Shown piece by piece: positions 18,301 to 26,796 of a stretch of 31,793 nucleotides of DNA. This DNA is from Verrucomicrobiota bacterium (GTDB taxonomy: Bacteria; Verrucomicrobiota; Verrucomicrobiia; Opitutales; UBA953). Position 1 is the first letter of the stretch, and each line of letters begins with the position of its first letter. A model generated the notes under the pieces. That model did no database searches and was not told the origin of the DNA. It saw only the letters and a program-made list of their open reading frames with translations. The stretch is taken from positions 1 through 31,793 of the forward strand of contig RDYO01000005.1 in the NCBI GenBank assembly GCA_004293385.1. Direction: 5' to 3'. The position numbers were made by a program, and so were the translations under genes.

Positions 18301-18355
18301 CCCCAGATGACCCACTTTTCCCCACACCTCCCCACTGGTCAAGAGTTTAGCCCCA
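18301..18355 (-). promoter_or_regulatory. dcw promoter with MraZ operator (TGGG boxes at 10-bp period)
   Basis: Plus-strand CCCCA 18301, CCCAC 18311, 18321 and 18331, CCCCA 18351. Minus-strand TTGACC (18342-18337), 17 nt, then AAAAGT (18319-18314). Confidence 0.85.
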
Positions 18356-18662
18356 GATCTAACCATTTTCTTGTTCACAGCGCGGCCAGGGCGTTTAAAT
18401 GACTGAAATCAGTCCTTATTATGCGGAAGTGTTTGAATTTGAACATTTTAGGTTATTTTTATGTCCGCGGAGCGTTTTCGACCCCCTCCATCCCCTGCCC
18501 GGCCGCGCCTGGAAGATCCGCTCCGCCGGCTTCGGGCAGGCTTTGTAATGAGATTAACACTACAGTTCCGGCCGGCGCGAGGCCGCGGCGGAAGGGCGAA
18601 ACTGTTTGCCAACGGCCGCCGGCTGTGCTTTGTCTCCAACCACTCAACCACGTCCCTTGCCC

Positions 18663-19079
18663 ATGAAAACCGCCCTCGCCCTCCTCGCCGCCCTCGTCCT
18701 CGCCGGATGCTCCACCCAGATCGGCGTGGATAACTCCCAGAACCGCGAAGCCTCCTTCTCCAACGTCACCGGCGTGCTGACCACCCGCTACACCTCCGAC
18801 ACCGAGGCCGTCTTCAACGCCGTCAAGCGCACCATCGACGCCATGCCCGGCACCCTCCGTACCGGCGAGACCGACGACCGCGGCGCCAACAAGGAGCTGA
18901 ACAGCGTCATCGTCTACGCCCGCACCATCGGCGACCTCGAGATCAAGATCACCATCGAGAAGGCCGAAGATCCTGAGACCAAGGCCGTCTTCACCCAGGT
19001 CAAGGTCAAGTACGGCGCCTTCGGCAACCTGCCGGAGAGCCAGCAGCTCGTCTCCAAGATCACCTCCAACCTGCGCTAA
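18663..19079 (+). CDS. Lipoprotein, DUF3568-like
   Basis: Signal peptide with lipobox LAG-C. The C-terminal pattern (ARTIGDLEIKITI..TQVKVKYGAFGNLPESQQLVSKI..NL) resembles DUF3568 proteins as I recall them; not searched. Confidence 0.7.
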   Translation: MKTALALLAALVLAGCSTQIGVDNSQNREASFSNVTGVLTTRYTSDTEAVFNAVKRTIDAMPGTLRTGETDDRGANKELNSVIVYARTIGDLEIKITIEKAEDPETKAVFTQVKVKYGAFGNLPESQQLVSKITSNLR

Positions 19080-19104
19080 GCGCCGGGGCGGAACCGCCAA
19101 ACGG

Positions 19105-19144
19105 ACGCCGCCCAGCCACCCGGCTCGGCGGCGTTCATTTTTTA
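19105..19144 (+). terminator. Intrinsic terminator after the lipoprotein gene
   Basis: ACGCCGCC-C-AGCC / ACCC loop / GGCT-C-GGCGGCGT, followed by TCATTTTTTA. Confidence 0.7.
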
Positions 19145-19157
19145 TCACCTTCCTCAC

Positions 19158-20267
19158 ATGGGCAACATCCACGGACATAGCTTCCGCATCACCACCTTTG
19201 GCGAGAGCCATGGGCCGGCCCTCGGCGTCGTCATCGACGGCTGCCCGCCCCGCGTGCCCTTCGACGCCGCGTTCCTCCGCAGCGAGCTCGACCGTCGCCG
19301 CCCGGGCCAGAGCGCCCTCACGACGCAGCGCAAGGAAGCCGACGCGCCTGAGGTGCTCTCCGGCATCTCGCCTGACGGCCTCACCCTCGGCTCGCCCATC
19401 GCCATCGTCATCCGCAACGGCGACCAGCGCCCGCAGGCCTACGCCGAGATGAAGGCCGCCTACCGTCCTTCCCACGCCGACTACACCTACGACGCCAAGT
19501 ACGGCATCCGCGCCGTCGAAGGCGGCGGCCGTTCCTCCGCCCGCGAGACCGCCGCGCGCGTCGCCGCCGGCGCCGTCGCGAAGACGGTCCTCAAGCACGC
19601 CTGCGGCGCCCGCATCATCGCCTGGGTCGAGAGCGTCGCCGACGTCCGCATGCCCGCCGCGAACAAGGCGCCGACGCTGAAGCAGGTCGAGGCCACGCCC
19701 ACGCGCTGCCCCCACCCCGCCACCGCCGCGAAGATCGACGCGCTCATCCGCGCCGCCCGCGCCGACGGCGATTCCGTCGGCGGCGTCATCTGCTGCGTCA
19801 TCGAGAATCTTCCGGCCGGCCTCGGCTCGCCGGTCTTCGACCGTTTCGAAGCCGACCTCGCCAAGGCGATGCTGTCGCTGCCCGCGACCAAGGGCTTCGA
19901 GATCGGCAGCGGCTTCGCCGGCACGGTGCTGCGCGGCAGCGCGCACAACGACGAGTTCGTCCGCAAGGGCGGCCGCATCCGCACCGCGACCAACCGCTCC
20001 GGCGGCACGCAGGGCGGCATCACCAACGGCGAAGACGTCGTCTTCCGCATCGCCTTCAAGCCCACCGCGACCGTGCTCAAGCCGCAGAAGACCGTCGGTC
20101 CCGACGGCCGCGCCACCGAGCTCAGCGCGAAGGGCCGCCACGACCCGTGCGTCCTCCCGCGCGCCGTGCCCATCGTCGAAGCCATGGCGGCGCTGGTCGC
20201 CGTCGATCACTGGATCCGCGACCGCGGCCAGAACGCTCCCTTCGGCCGCTGCGGACGCAAGGCATGA
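19158..20267 (+). CDS. aroC: Chorismate synthase
   Basis: [64 protein letters not shown]. Confidence 0.98.
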   Translation: MGNIHGHSFRITTFGESHGPALGVVIDGCPPRVPFDAAFLRSELDRRRPGQSALTTQRKEADAPEVLSGISPDGLTLGSPIAIVIRNGDQRPQAYAEMKAAYRPSHADYTYDAKYGIRAVEGGGRSSARETAARVAAGAVAKTVLKHACGARIIAWVESVADVRMPAANKAPTLKQVEATPTRCPHPATAAKIDALIRAARADGDSVGGVICCVIENLPAGLGSPVFDRFEADLAKAMLSLPATKGFEIGSGFAGTVLRGSAHNDEFVRKGGRIRTATNRSGGTQGGITNGEDVVFRIAFKPTATVLKPQKTVGPDGRATELSAKGRHDPCVLPRAVPIVEAMAALVAVDHWIRDRGQNAPFGRCGRKA

Positions 20268-20995
20268 CCCCCCTCGTCATCATCCTCGGGCCCACGGGCG
20301 CCGGCCGCGCCGACGTGGTGGCGGAACTCGTCGCCCACGCCTGGCCCGAAGGCCGCAAGGTGCGTGTCCTGCGCGAAGTCCGCGAAGGCGGCGTCGCGCC
20401 TGACGCCTGGGAATTCAAGGACGGCCACGCGATCGTGCCCGCCCCCGGCGACGAAGACGCCGCCATCCTCGTGACGCACGGCGCGCTGCACGTCATCGAC
20501 CAGATGGAGGCCCTCCACCGCACCGTCCGTCCGATGCAGCCCGACGCCGTCTGGCGCGTGGCCCGCATCCTCACGGTCGTCGACTGCCCGCTCACGATGA
20601 AGCACAAGGCCGTCGAGGAATGGTACCGCCCCTGCGTGCACTTCTCCGACGCGGTCATCATCAACCGCCGCTGGGAAGTCCCCGGCCAGTGGGTGAGCAA
20701 GTTCCTCGAACCCTACGAGAAGGAGTTCTACCCCTGCCTCTTCTTCAACCTGACGAAGGTCGGGGCGATCAACAACCCGCCCGCGGTCATCGACGGCGAG
20801 CCGCTGCGCCTTTCGCACATCTTCGACGACATCGATGCGGTCGACGAGATGGAGTTCGACGAGGACAACCTCCCCGACGAACCGTTCGACCTGGTCCGTC
20901 AGGTCGACAAGTACTTCGCGCGCGACGAACTCGGCCGACGCAACATCCTCGTGCCCGAGATCGGCGAGATCCTCCGTCAGGAGGGTCGCCGCTGA
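20264..20995 (+). CDS. Degenerate P-loop NTPase resembling the CobW/COG0523 (G3E) GTPase domain
   Basis: [12 protein letters not shown] (Walker A-like, R in place of K), [15 protein letters not shown]; acidic C-terminus; ATGA-coupled to aroC. Confidence 0.55.
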   Translation: MTPLVIILGPTGAGRADVVAELVAHAWPEGRKVRVLREVREGGVAPDAWEFKDGHAIVPAPGDEDAAILVTHGALHVIDQMEALHRTVRPMQPDAVWRVARILTVVDCPLTMKHKAVEEWYRPCVHFSDAVIINRRWEVPGQWVSKFLEPYEKEFYPCLFFNLTKVGAINNPPAVIDGEPLRLSHIFDDIDAVDEMEFDEDNLPDEPFDLVRQVDKYFARDELGRRNILVPEIGEILRQEGRR

Positions 20996-21001
20996 GCGGG
21001 A

Positions 21002-21544
21002 TTACAGCTTCGGCCCGACGCCGGGAGCCTCGCCTTCCGGCGGCTTGCGGCGCTTGGGCGTGCCGGGCGGGCCATCCTTGGGCTCGCCGCCCTTGGCGCC
21101 TTCCTTGGCTAGCTCGGGTCCGTACTTCTCGCCGAGCTTGCGGATGAACTCCATGCGCTGCTCGGGCGTGAGCGCCTGGATGCGCGCGCGTTCGGCCTTG
21201 GCCTCGTCGGCGCTGAGGCGCTTGAAGTGGTGTACGAGCACGCGCGAGCCGAAGCCGCCGCGTTCGCGCATCTCCTTCATGAGCTTGTGGCGCTCTTCGG
21301 GCGTGGCGGATTCGTAACGGACGAGGCTGGCGGCGAATTCGCGGCGCGATTCCGGCGACATGCGCTCGATCTTCTCGATGGCCGAACGCATGCGCTGCAG
21401 GCGCTCCGGCGGGAGCTCGAGGATCTTGCGGATGGTCTGGATCTCCTCGACGGTCGGGTCGCCTTCCGGCGGACGCGGCGAAGCCGGCTGGGCGGAGACG
21501 GCGGCGGCTCCGAGGAGGAGCAGGCTGAGGACGGCGCGGGCCAT
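21002..21544 (-). CDS. Secreted helical-repeat protein (DUF3106-like or Spy/CpxP-like)
   Basis: Signal peptide MARAVLSLLLLGAAAVSA; repeated [LM][ST]PE.R helices (LPPER, MSPESR, ATPEER, LTPEQR); third gene of the ECF triad. Confidence 0.6.
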   Translation of the reverse strand: MARAVLSLLLLGAAAVSAQPASPRPPEGDPTVEEIQTIRKILELPPERLQRMRSAIEKIERMSPESRREFAASLVRYESATPEERHKLMKEMRERGGFGSRVLVHHFKRLSADEAKAERARIQALTPEQRMEFIRKLGEKYGPELAKEGAKGGEPKDGPPGTPKRRKPPEGEAPGVGPKL

Positions 21545-21546
21545 GA

Positions 21547-21909
21547 TCAGGAGCCGGAGGCGACGAAGGTTTCCACGACGGCCGGGCGCTCCGCCACCGG
21601 GGCGAGGAGCGAGAGGTCGTCCGCGGCGCCGAGGAGATCGGCGAGCTGGGCGGATTCGTCGCGGGCGACGAGGGCGAAGGTCTGGCGGTTCAGGGCTTCT
21701 TCGGACGTGCCGGACAGCGTGAGCAGCGCGACGAACACGGCGGCCGTGGCGGCGAGCGCCGAGCTCCAGCGGACGATGGTCCGGCGACGGCGGTCGGCGC
21801 GGACGACGCCGACGACGCGGTCCGCGAAGCCGGGGACGGACACGGCGCGGCCGCGACGGAGCGTCGCGGCGAGCTCCTGGTCGAATGGCGTCTGTTCCGG
21901 GTTATCCAT
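21547..21909 (-). CDS. Putative single-TM anti-sigma factor
   Basis: Short cytoplasmic N-terminus, basic patch RRRRT, one TM (ALAATAAVFVALLTL); directly downstream of the ECF sigma gene. Confidence 0.6.
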   Translation of the reverse strand: MDNPEQTPFDQELAATLRRGRAVSVPGFADRVVGVVRADRRRRTIVRWSSALAATAAVFVALLTLSGTSEEALNRQTFALVARDESAQLADLLGAADDLSLLAPVAERPAVVETFVASGS

Positions 21910-21923
21910 GGCTGGGTACGCCC

Positions 21924-21953
21924 ATAAAACACCGGGCGGGGCGGGAAGTTGCA
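21924..21953 (-). promoter_or_regulatory. Candidate ECF-type promoter upstream of the anti-sigma gene
   Basis: Minus strand TGCAACTT-cccgccccgcccg-GTGTTTTAT, i.e. GCAAC-N17-GTT. Confidence 0.4.
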
Positions 21954-21957
21954 GGGT

Positions 21958-22530
21958 TCATTCTTGGGCGTAGAAATCTTTGAGGAGCTCGCGCAGGCGG
22001 GCGCGGGCGCGGTGGATCCAGGTCTTCACCGAGGAGACGGGGGCGTCCATGATCTCGGCGATCTCCTCGTAGGGGAGCTCCTGCTGCACGACGAGGAGGA
22101 TGGCGGTACGCTGCTCCGGGGCCAGTTGCAGGATGGCGCGCTGGAAGGCTTCGTCGAGTTCGGCGACCCGTCGGGCCGACCCCTGGGAGAGGTCGCCGGG
22201 CTCGGCGGCGAACTCGAGGGCGGTGGTAGGCTTGCGCCCGCGTCGCCGCCATTCGTTCAGGACGAGGTTCCGGGCGATATGGATCAGGTAGGTGCTCAGC
22301 TTGGCCTCGGGGCGCCAGCGGGCCGCGGCGCGGTGGAGCCGGATGAAGACTTCCATGGCCAGCTCTTCGGCCGTCGCCTGCGAACCGACTTCCCCCCGGA
22401 GATAACCGACGAGCCGGGCATGGTGCCGGTGCACGAGCAGGCGCAAGGCGTCGTCATCGCCGCCGGCGACGAGTCCCATGAGGCGCTTGTCGTCTTCGTC
22501 GTCGGGGAGCATCGGCTCTTCCTGGGACAT
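21958..22530 (-). CDS. ECF RNA polymerase sigma factor
   Basis: Region 2 (D..LM.....GD..A...L..RH...L..Y, AEEL..EVFIRL, LSTYLIHIARNL..NEWRR) and region 4 (L.PEQRTAILL...L.YEEIAEIM...SSVKTWIHRAR.RLR). Confidence 0.93.
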   Translation of the reverse strand: MSQEEPMLPDDEDDKRLMGLVAGGDDDALRLLVHRHHARLVGYLRGEVGSQATAEELAMEVFIRLHRAAARWRPEAKLSTYLIHIARNLVLNEWRRRGRKPTTALEFAAEPGDLSQGSARRVAELDEAFQRAILQLAPEQRTAILLVVQQELPYEEIAEIMDAPVSSVKTWIHRARARLRELLKDFYAQE

Positions 22531-22559
22531 CGGGATGGAACTCCGGAAAGGAGCAGGAG

Positions 22560-23495
22560 TTACGCCTCCCGGGGGCGCAGGGCGAAGGTGCGGAGCGTCC
22601 GCAGCAGGAATTGCTCGAAGGCCGCCAGGACCTGGTAGTTCAGCTCCATGCGCCGGCGGGCGTCCTCGAGATGACCCACGGCCTCGGCGACCTGGCCGGC
22701 GCAGCCGGGGTTGGCCCGGCCGACGAGCCGGAGTTTCTCTTCGACCGACACGAGCATGCGGGCGCGGACGCCGCGGCGGACGGACTCCTCGTAGGCCAGT
22801 TCGGCGTCATCCTCGTCCTCGTCGGTCGGAGGAGGCGGCGGCGCGGCCTCGAGGGCCTCTTCGACGAAGAGCTCGAGCAGCACCTCGAAACGGGCGCACA
22901 GGGCGTAGAGCGGGATGAAGACCTCGGAGACGCGCGCCTGCGGCGAGGCCGGGCCTTTCACCATGCGCGTGAGCAGTCGCTCCATCTCGCGCAGCCAGTC
23001 CTGCCACGAAGGGTCGGCGATCGCCGGCGCCTCCCCGCCCACGTGGAAGCGGAGGCAACGGCTGAGGATCGTCGGCAGGACGCGGTAATAATGCGTCGTC
23101 TGGAGGACGATGAGCGTGCCGGGCGGCGGCTCCTCCAGCGTCTTGAGGAAGGCGTTGGCCGATTCGGAGAGGAAGCGGTCGGGCTCGTTGACGATCACGA
23201 CGCGGCGCGGCGTGAGCGAGGAGAGCCGCAGCGCGGCCACGACCTCGAGGACGTTCTCGATGACGATGCGACGCGACTTCTTGGCCGGACGCAGGACGCG
23301 GCAGTCCGGGTGCGCCAGCGGATCGGTTTCGCCGAGATGCATGGCCGCGAGCTGTTCGGCGGCGCGGGCGAGCACGGCGCCGTCGTTGCCCGTCAGGAGC
23401 ACCGCATGCGGCATGCGACCCTCGGCGCGGGCGCGCGCGAGCACCTTGAGCACCGGCAGGTCGGCGACGTCAGCGGAAGCGGCGGACGACTTCAT
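22560..23495 (-). CDS. holB: DNA polymerase III delta-prime subunit, divergent; start uncertain
   Basis: PHAVLL.G, HPD, ANAFLKTLEEPP, LPTILSRC; follows tmk (tmk-holB synteny). Confidence 0.88.
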   Translation of the reverse strand: MKSSAASADVADLPVLKVLARARAEGRMPHAVLLTGNDGAVLARAAEQLAAMHLGETDPLAHPDCRVLRPAKKSRRIVIENVLEVVAALRLSSLTPRRVVIVNEPDRFLSESANAFLKTLEEPPPGTLIVLQTTHYYRVLPTILSRCLRFHVGGEAPAIADPSWQDWLREMERLLTRMVKGPASPQARVSEVFIPLYALCARFEVLLELFVEEALEAAPPPPPTDEDEDDAELAYEESVRRGVRARMLVSVEEKLRLVGRANPGCAGQVAEAVGHLEDARRRMELNYQVLAAFEQFLLRTLRTFALRPREA

Positions 23496-24099
23496 GCCAG
23501 ATCTCCTCCTCGATGGCTTCGGGCGGACGCGCGGCGTCCACGACGAAGAAACGCCCGGCCTCCTCGCGGGCGAGCGTATGGTAAAGTTCGCGGACGCGGC
23601 GATGGAAGGCGTCGCCGAGGAGTTCGAAGCGGTCCGCCTGTCCTCGGTCCCTCACCGCGGCGCGGCCGAGTCCGTGGCCAGGATCAAGGTCGAGCAGGAT
23701 GGTCAGGTCCGGACGCACCGGACCGCAGGCGAGGCGGTTCGCGCCTTCGATCAGACCACGGTCCAGGCCGCGGCCGCCGGCCTGGTAGGCGACGGTCGAA
23801 TCGATGAAGCGGTCGCAGATCACGACCTGCCCGGCGGCGAGGGCCGGAGCGATGACGTCCGCGACGAGCTGCGCGCGGCAGGAAGCGAAGAGCAGCGCTT
23901 CGGCCGCCGGCGCCAGCGAGGTGCCCGGCTGCTTGAGCACTTCGCGCATGCGTTCGCCGTAGGGCGTGCCCCCCGGCTCACGGAGTCCGAGCACGGTCGC
24001 CCCGTCCGCGCGGAGACGCTCCGCGAGACGGGCGAGCTGCGTGGATTTGCCCGCGCCCTCCCCTCCTTCGAACGTGATGAATCTGCCCGCGATCGGCAT
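23470..24099 (-). CDS. tmk: Thymidylate kinase
   Basis: FITFEGGEGAGKSTQ, REPGGT, LLFASCRAQ, DRFIDSTVAYQ, PDLTILLD, DRFE. Start at ATG 24099. Confidence 0.97.
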   Translation of the reverse strand: MPIAGRFITFEGGEGAGKSTQLARLAERLRADGATVLGLREPGGTPYGERMREVLKQPGTSLAPAAEALLFASCRAQLVADVIAPALAAGQVVICDRFIDSTVAYQAGGRGLDRGLIEGANRLACGPVRPDLTILLDLDPGHGLGRAAVRDRGQADRFELLGDAFHRRVRELYHTLAREEAGRFFVVDAARPPEAIEEEIWHEVVRRFR

Positions 24100-24149
24100 C
24101 CGCCACAAGATGCCCTCCGTAGCCTTCAAAGCGAGCGAGGAATGGCGGA

Positions 24150-24187
24150 CATGAGAAAGGCCCGGCGGACGCCGGGCCTTTCTCATG
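24150..24187. terminator. Perfect 17-bp inverted repeat, probably a terminator for the FecR-domain gene
   Basis: CATGAGAAAGGCCCGGC-GGAC-GCCGGGCCTTTCTCATG. Confidence 0.8.
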
Positions 24188-24205
24188 ACGGAATGAACCA
24201 GGAGT

Positions 24206-25288
24206 TCAGATACCGGTCCCGGAAGGATCCAGCTGCTTCTGCTCGACCGAACGGTTCACGTTGTCGGTGATCTTCTTCAGGTTGTCGTCCATCTGGGTGC
24301 CGCCGCCGCCGTTGCTCGAGGAGAGCGGTGCGCCCGGGGCGCCGACCTTGCTCTCGGGAGCCTTATCGTCGGTGACCGGGCTTTCGCTGACGACCTGACC
24401 GAAGGTCTTCGCGGGCTCCGCGGCGCCGTTCGGGAAGATCGCCGCGAGGGTCGGAGCGGTCGCCGCCATCGCGTTGATGGTCGTGGAGACTTCGGCGGGC
24501 AGCGTGGAAGAGGCGGCCAGGGTGGCGGAGATTTCGGCGAGCTCTTCGGCCGGGATCGGGTAGAGGAGGACCTTCACGGTCGCCAGGGCGGCGGCGAGGG
24601 CCGCAGGCGCCGGAGCGGGGGCGTTGCCGCCAGCCGGGGCGCCGGCCGCGCGGGCGAGATTGCTGATGAGCGCGGCGGAAGGCACGGAGCTGGAGGTCTG
24701 CATGCCGGGGTCGACGGTGACAGGGCCGACGTTGGAGCTGTAGACGATGGTCTCGACGGAGCCACGGACGCACGACACGACGACCTTGCCGATGCCATCG
24801 GGGCCGACGCGGTACTCGACGGCGAAGACGGTGCCACGGATGCGCACGAGGCCGGCGGGCGTCTTGACGGTGAAAGTGGAGAGCGCGTTGAGCTTACGGA
24901 CTTCGCCGATGATCTTGCCGCGCGGCACTTCGACTTCGGTCACGGAAGGGCTCGGATCTTTTTCGATCTGGCGGTACGGATCGGTGATGCCGGCGGAGGG
25001 CACCTGACGGAAAGTACGCAGTTCGAGCAGCGTGCTCGGCGTCAGCACCAGCGAGGCGCCGTTGGAGAAGACGAGTTCGGCCGTGGAATCGACGCCGGTC
25101 TCGACGCGCGATCCTTCCTGGAAGACGGCGCCGGTGGCGAGCGGCTTACGCTGCGCCTTGGCGTCGATGATGGTCACGTTGCCGGTGATCTTGCCGACCT
25201 GGACCTTACCGGACTGGAGGGCCGCCGAGGAAAGAACCGGCAGGAGCGCAAGGGCGACCATTCCTAGGTGCTTGAAAAAGGAAATCAT
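24206..25288 (-). CDS. Secreted FecR-domain protein with Ala/Pro-rich C-terminal region
   Basis: Signal peptide, then ETGVDSTAELVFSNGA..., F.VKTPAG...IRGT.F.V, V.CVRGSV. Start at ATG 25288. Confidence 0.8.
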   Translation of the reverse strand: MISFFKHLGMVALALLPVLSSAALQSGKVQVGKITGNVTIIDAKAQRKPLATGAVFQEGSRVETGVDSTAELVFSNGASLVLTPSTLLELRTFRQVPSAGITDPYRQIEKDPSPSVTEVEVPRGKIIGEVRKLNALSTFTVKTPAGLVRIRGTVFAVEYRVGPDGIGKVVVSCVRGSVETIVYSSNVGPVTVDPGMQTSSSVPSAALISNLARAAGAPAGGNAPAPAPAALAAALATVKVLLYPIPAEELAEISATLAASSTLPAEVSTTINAMAATAPTLAAIFPNGAAEPAKTFGQVVSESPVTDDKAPESKVGAPGAPLSSSNGGGGTQMDDNLKKITDNVNRSVEQKQLDPSGTGI

Positions 25289-25310
25289 GAGGGGACTGCG
25301 GGGAAACGTC

Positions 25311-25338
25311 AGCCTAGGCACCGTGCGGGGGGAGGCAA
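25311..25338 (-). promoter_or_regulatory. Candidate sigma70 promoter of the FecR-domain gene
   Basis: TTGCCT-N16-TAGGCT, immediately after the pfk terminator. Confidence 0.5.
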
Positions 25339-25344
25339 ACCCTT

Positions 25345-25380
25345 TAAAACAAAAAGACCCCCGTAAAAGGGGGTCTTTGT
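25345..25380 (-). terminator. Intrinsic terminator of pfk
   Basis: Minus strand AAAGACCCCC-TTTTAC-GGGGGTCTTT followed by TTGTTTT. Confidence 0.9.
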
Positions 25381-25401
25381 TCACAATCCGAACGGTCAGA
25401 T

Positions 25402-26703
25402 TCAGGCGGTGACGTACTTCTCGAGACGGCGCTGGACGGCGATGGCCGAGAGCTGAGCGTACTTCGGAAGGCCCTGATCGTAAGGGAGTTGCATTTCTCC
25501 CTGGATGAGCGGGAGGGCGTAGCGGGCGAAGTCCGGGTGGATGGACATCTTGTCTTCGCCGATCCACTTCTCAGGGAAAGCCTTCACGCCGTTGGCGATC
25601 TGGTCGAGGGGAGCGAGCATGGTCTGGACCGCGTAGGTCTCCTTCTCGGAGCGGGTCAGGATCACCATCTTGCCGGACTCGCCTTCGAGGGCGGCCTTGA
25701 CGGCGGCGCCACCGCAGAGTTCGGCTTCATCGACGTCGGTCTTCGAAGCGTTGTGCGAAGCGGCGCGCTGGGTGATGCCGAGCTTGGAGGAGCGGGCCTT
25801 GACGCCGTCGAAACGGGATTCGACGAGCGTGCGGAGGTATTCGCCGGCGCCGCCGAGGACGGCGTGGCCGAACGCGTCGGTGCTGGAGGTGTCGGCGCCG
25901 AGGTAGTTGCCGGTGGCGTCCTGGACGCCTTCGGAGACGACGACGAAGCAGTGGCCGTTGGACTTCAGGACTTCTTCGACGCGGCGGATGAAGGCGTCGG
26001 CGTTGAAGGCGACTTCCGGCAGCAGCACGATGTGCGGGGCGGAGCAGGAGTAGTGGGTGTTCTTGACGGCCTTGTCGTCGTTCTTGTCGCGGCGCTGGGC
26101 CAGGACGGACGAAGCGGCGAGCCAGCCGGCGTTGCGGCCCATGACTTCGAGGATCGAGACGAAGTCGTTCTGGCCCATGGCGGCGTTGTCGAGAGCGGTC
26201 TCGCGGATGGTCACGCCGATGTGCTTGGCGACGGAACCGTAGCCGGGGCAGTGGTCGGTGAGGGGCAGGTCGTTGTCGATCGTCTTAGGCACGCCGACGA
26301 CGCGGAGTTCGTAGCCGCGCTCCTTGGCGAGGGCGTCGATCTTGGCGGCGGTGTCCTGGGAGTCGTTGCCGCCGATGTAGTGGAAGTAACGGATGTTGTG
26401 GGCTTCGAAGACCTGCAGGATGCGGTCGAAGTCTTCGGCCTTCTTCACCTTGTAGCGGCAGGTGCCGAGGGCGGCGCCGGGGGTGTGGCGGAGGGCGCGG
26501 AGGGTCTGCTGGGATTCGGCCGCGAGGTCGACGAGCTGCTCATGAAGCACGCCCTGGATGCCGTTCAGGCCGCCGTAGATCTCGACGATCTCGTCCTCAT
26601 GCTTGAGGGCTTCCGAGATCACCCCGGCGAGGCTGGCGTTGATGACGGGGGTCGGGCCGCCGCTCTGCGCGACGAGAAGGTTGCCAATGAGGGGAGAAGA
26701 CAT
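25402..26703 (-). CDS. pfp: 6-phosphofructokinase, probably pyrophosphate-dependent
   Basis: QSGGPTPVIN, IGGNDS, PKTIDND, EVMGRNAGW. The GGND and PKTIDND variants are the established PPi-type signature. Confidence 0.9.
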   Translation of the reverse strand: MSSPLIGNLLVAQSGGPTPVINASLAGVISEALKHEDEIVEIYGGLNGIQGVLHEQLVDLAAESQQTLRALRHTPGAALGTCRYKVKKAEDFDRILQVFEAHNIRYFHYIGGNDSQDTAAKIDALAKERGYELRVVGVPKTIDNDLPLTDHCPGYGSVAKHIGVTIRETALDNAAMGQNDFVSILEVMGRNAGWLAASSVLAQRRDKNDDKAVKNTHYSCSAPHIVLLPEVAFNADAFIRRVEEVLKSNGHCFVVVSEGVQDATGNYLGADTSSTDAFGHAVLGGAGEYLRTLVESRFDGVKARSSKLGITQRAASHNASKTDVDEAELCGGAAVKAALEGESGKMVILTRSEKETYAVQTMLAPLDQIANGVKAFPEKWIGEDKMSIHPDFARYALPLIQGEMQLPYDQGLPKYAQLSAIAVQRRLEKYVTA

Positions 26704-26737
26704 GGGAGTGAACGAGTTGAAAAGTGGGTTGTGGGAA

Positions 26738-26756
26738 GCCCTCCCCCCCTTGGCAA
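26738..26756 (-). promoter_or_regulatory. Candidate pfk promoter element (TTGCCA plus G-rich spacer), nearly identical to the one upstream of holA
   Basis: TTGCCAAGGGGGGGAGGGC here versus TTGCCACGAGGGGGGAGGGC at 29407-29388. Confidence 0.5.
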
Positions 26757-26796
26757 CACGGAAAACCCTCCCCTGCCCGCACCCCCTGACTTAGGC

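Noticed and set aside
18284-18325. mraZ start at GTG 18325 (MGKSGSSGGNSP...)
   Set aside because: The extension is just a translation of the operator boxes and -10 region; ATG 18283 gives a normal MraZ length.
18430-18445. Verrucomicrobial LexA box
   Set aside because: The motif as I recall it is TGTTC-N4-GAACA; this site is TGTTT-N6-GAACA, so spacing and one base disagree.
24150-24187. REP/MITE-like element
   Set aside because: Only one copy in the window, and its position just after a stop codon fits a terminator; a genome-wide copy search would be needed to revive the idea.
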